Assembly: GCA_963850905.1 (NCBI GenBank)
Contig: CAWKMU010000003.1
Span: 3,200,001-3,264,000, forward strand
Direction of reading: 5' to 3'
Source: an uncultured Gemmatimonadales bacterium
GTDB lineage: Bacteria > Gemmatimonadota > Gemmatimonadetes > Gemmatimonadales > Gemmatimonadaceae
DNA: 64,000 bases
Shown here: piece by piece, positions 61,614-64,000 of the stretch
Numbering within the stretch: position 1 is the stretch's first letter
How the letters are laid out: each line of letters begins with the position of its first letter
Translations under genes and position numbers: made by a program
Notes under the pieces: generated by a model
What the model saw: only the letters and a program-made list of their open reading frames with translations
Told to the model about the DNA's origin: nothing
The model's database searches: none

Positions 61614-62429
61614 GTGAGAGGCGCGTCAAAGGTGCAGCCAGCTCGGCCCCAAGCGGCCGGCCAGAGCCGCGTAGACTCCGCGGAGGAGCCCAGGCGAGCT
61701 CTGTCGGCCGAGCCGCCGGCGCCCCAACTCCTGTTGATCGAAGACAACGTCCATTACGCCTCCGCGCTCCGCAACAATCTCGAGATCGACGGCTTCGTTG
61801 TAGACGTTGCTGGCGATGCCGTCGACGGGTTGCAGCGCATGCAGGCCAACCCGCCCGCCCTGGTCGTGCTCGATCTCATGTTGCCGGGCCGGGATGGATA
61901 TGAGCTGCTGCGCCTCATGCGAGACCAGGGCATTGATGTCCCGGTCGTCATCCTGACCGCTCGCCGGGACGAAATCGACAAGCTGCGCGGATTCGGCCTT
62001 GGTGCCGACGATTTCATAACAAAGCCCGTCAGCATCCTGGAGCTGATCGCCCGCATCCGCGCCGTGCTCCGGCGGGCCCATCCGCGACTCGAGTCGGGAA
62101 CGCTTTGGATCCGATTTGGCGATATCGAAGTGCATCCCGCGACGCGCACGGTGCGGCGGCGCGGGGTCGAGGTGGAGTTGCGCCCGAAGGAATTCGATCT
62201 CTTGCTCGCGCTGCTGCGCCACCAGGATCGCATCGTCTCTCGGTCCGAGCTGCTGCGCGATGTGTGGGGCTATCAGGCCGACACCGTGAGCCGGACGGTG
62301 GACACGCATATGGCTGGGCTGCGGCAAAAACTCGAGGACGATCCGCTCGACCCGCGGTACTTCATCACCGTGCGTTCTGTCGGATACATGATGCGCCGCG
62401 GCGGCCGCGACGGTGGTAATGTGAGCTGA
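61614..62429 (+). CDS. OmpR/PhoB-family response regulator
   Basis: LLIED, VLDLMLPG, ILTAR, GADDFITKP; wHTH LRPKEFDLL, VWGY..RTVDTH..LRQKLE..TVRSVGY. Start uncertain. Confidence 0.94.
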   Translation: MRGASKVQPARPQAAGQSRVDSAEEPRRALSAEPPAPQLLLIEDNVHYASALRNNLEIDGFVVDVAGDAVDGLQRMQANPPALVVLDLMLPGRDGYELLRLMRDQGIDVPVVILTARRDEIDKLRGFGLGADDFITKPVSILELIARIRAVLRRAHPRLESGTLWIRFGDIEVHPATRTVRRRGVEVELRPKEFDLLLALLRHQDRIVSRSELLRDVWGYQADTVSRTVDTHMAGLRQKLEDDPLDPRYFITVRSVGYMMRRGGRDGGNVS

Positions 62430-62444
62430 AGCACAGCCCGCCCG

Positions 62445-62461
62445 GTTAGCGATGTGTTAAT
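62445..62461 (+). promoter_or_regulatory. Candidate OmpR/PhoB-type binding box upstream of the TonB-C gene
   Basis: GTTAGCGATGTGTTAAT (GTTA-N7-GTTA). Confidence 0.4.
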
Positions 62462-62485
62462 GGTCCTGTTTCGGGGCCGGCGCCC

Positions 62486-63271
62486 TTGATGGCGCGTCGT
62501 TCCGCGCACTATCGTGCATGCACAGTCCCAATGGCGACAGCCGGAGGGGGCGTGTTAGCGCACCTCGTTGCACCGACGGACGAACCTGTCGGCTCCCGAC
62601 CAGCATTCCTGATCGCGGCGCTGCTTGCGAGCGCGCAGCTCGGACTGCTCATGCCGCCGACGTTCGGAACCCGGCCGTTGGCCACCGTCCATCAGCCGGT
62701 CCCAACGCCGGCGCTTTACCTCCTTCCCGTTTGGCCGACGCACCAGGGGCGACCGCGCTCTGAGCGCGTTCAGTGGACGGCGATCGGCGGGCCCGGTTCT
62801 CAGGGGCCAGGAAGCGGGTCGGGCGGCGGGATGCATCGAAAGCGCGACCCTGGCCAGCCGCATCCAGCGGCCGTAAAGGCGCCGGTGGCGGTGGCCGACT
62901 CTGAACCCACGGTGTACGACGGAAGCCGCGTGTACATCGCGCCGGAGCTGGAGCGTCCGGTCGCCCGTGATCCGGCGAGCGGTGGCCCCGCCTATCCCGA
63001 TTCGCTCCGGGCGCACGGCGTGGAAGGGCTCGTGGTGATCCGATTCATCGTGGACACCGGCGGGCACGCCGATAGCAGCACGCTGCGCTTCGTAGAGGCC
63101 ACACACCCGGGCTTCGCGGACGCTGTTCGCAGTGCGCTCCCGCGCATGCTCTTCATCCCGGCGGAGCTCGACGGCCGACACGTACCGCAACTGGTGAGTC
63201 AGGAGTTCCGGTTCGTGATTACCCGCGTCGACACGATCCCGGCGCGCGGTCATCGCCGCGCGAAGGCGTGA
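62486..63271 (+). CDS. TonB C-terminal domain protein (energy transducer TonB-like)
   Basis: N-terminal TM, Pro/Gly linker, PAYPDSLRAHGVEGLVVIRFIVDTGG..FIPAELDGRHV. Start may be 62531. Confidence 0.85.
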   Translation: MMARRSAHYRACTVPMATAGGGVLAHLVAPTDEPVGSRPAFLIAALLASAQLGLLMPPTFGTRPLATVHQPVPTPALYLLPVWPTHQGRPRSERVQWTAIGGPGSQGPGSGSGGGMHRKRDPGQPHPAAVKAPVAVADSEPTVYDGSRVYIAPELERPVARDPASGGPAYPDSLRAHGVEGLVVIRFIVDTGGHADSSTLRFVEATHPGFADAVRSALPRMLFIPAELDGRHVPQLVSQEFRFVITRVDTIPARGHRRAKA

Positions 63272-63274
63272 CTA

Positions 63275-63495
63275 CAGGGGTCAGGCGATCGCCAACGCGG
63301 ACGGGCAACCGTGGGCGACCTGAAGGTCGCCCCTACATGTCGGTGTGAAGGCGAAGAGAATCGGCGGCCTTCTTCGTTCGCGAAGGCAAGTCTCGGAATT
63401 GGGTGACGTCGCCGCCCGCAGCAACATGTAGGGGCGGGCTTCAGCCCGCCCGCAGTTGTGGCTGCGGTTGTCGTTCCCCGACCCCTGACCCCCGC
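63275..63495. repeat. REP doublet (inverted GTAG REPs) with heptamer flanks between convergent genes
   Basis: GGGCGACCTGAAGGTCGCCCCTACATGT (63313-63340) and ACATGTAGGGGCGGGCTTCAGCCCGCCC (63424-63451), flanked by CAGGGGTCAG and CCCCGACCCCTGACCCC. Confidence 0.8.
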
Positions 63496-63498
63496 CGT

Positions 63499-64000
63499 TT
63501 AGTCGCCTAGCATGTTGTGCATCCGGTCGATCTCCGACGTCTGATCGGCACCCACGTCGGAGGCGAACTTGAAGATGTCTTCGTCCTGACCAGCACCCGG
63601 CGAGTCAAACAGCGTCTGCACCATTTGCAGTGCGCCCTGGTGGTGCTGGATCATGAAGGTCAGGAACAATCGGTCGAAGTCGGGGCCACGGGCGGCGTTG
63701 AGCTGCGCCATCTGCTCTGGCGTCAGCATTCCGGGCATGCGGCCTCCATTCATGCCGGGCATGTCACCCATGGTCGCCGTACCGGTCGCGAAGTCCGCCT
63801 CCGGCACCATCTGGTGACGCTCACGCAGCCACCGCTGCATCGTCACAATCTCATCCCGTTGCGCCACATCAATGCGTTCGCACAGTCGGATCACGTCCGG
63901 CCGCGCGCCATGTGTGGGCGCCCAGCGCGCCATGGTCACGGCCTGGGCGTGGTGATGGATCATGCCCTGCATGAACTGCACGTCGGCAGCCGCGAACGGG
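63499..64000 (-). CDS. DUF305 (CopM-like, ferritin-like) protein, 5' end outside the window
   Basis: ADVQFMQGMIHHHAQA..M, FDRLFLTFMIQHHQGALQM, Q.SEI.RM; Met/His rich. Confidence 0.9.
   Translation of the reverse strand, partial: PFAAADVQFMQGMIHHHAQAVTMARWAPTHGARPDVIRLCERIDVAQRDEIVTMQRWLRERHQMVPEADFATGTATMGDMPGMNGGRMPGMLTPEQMAQLNAARGPDFDRLFLTFMIQHHQGALQMVQTLFDSPGAGQDEDIFKFASDVGADQTSEIDRMHNMLGD

Overview
GC-rich bacterial chromosomal window from a diderm (LPS-making) organism; gene content and order suggest Gemmatimonadota (inference, not database-confirmed). 0.4-12.6 kb is an accessory peptide-processing/signalling block: DmpA peptidase, two paralogous Ser/Thr kinase-TM-TolB_N-TPR genes flanking an amidohydrolase, two tandem M20 peptidases and a lipoprotein. 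12.8-59.7 kb is a long co-oriented + strand housekeeping run: era, Trm112-like, REC-GGDEF, zinc-ribbon/RomX-like, prfB (programmed +1 frameshift), lysS, lolC/E-lolD, mcsA-mcsB-clpC, bamA-skp-lpxD-lpxC-fabZ-lpxA-gnnA-like-lpxB-DUF374-lpxK, gdhA, rlmH, bshC, murJ, uvrC, larC, TPR protein, DUF512, der-plsY-gpsA, MerR, GT2, surE-pcm, Pro-rich protein, acyP, apt, DinB, FUSC and a multicopper oxidase. The window ends with a histidine kinase/OmpR regulator, TonB-C and DUF305. Several essential genes (clpC, bamA, lpxD, lpxC, fabZ, der, plsY) are broken by single-base insertions, most likely long-read errors. No rRNA, tRNA, CRISPR array or transposase was recognised. The most interesting signals are a conserved MSSLPS hexapeptide uORF coupled to both kinase starts, a zinc-ribbon/disordered/RomX-like fusion coupled to a REC-GGDEF gene, a family of ~105-115 bp palindromic elements with heptamer-repeat arms, and a shared 11-bp-periodic box upstream of the OmpR-type regulator and the TonB gene.
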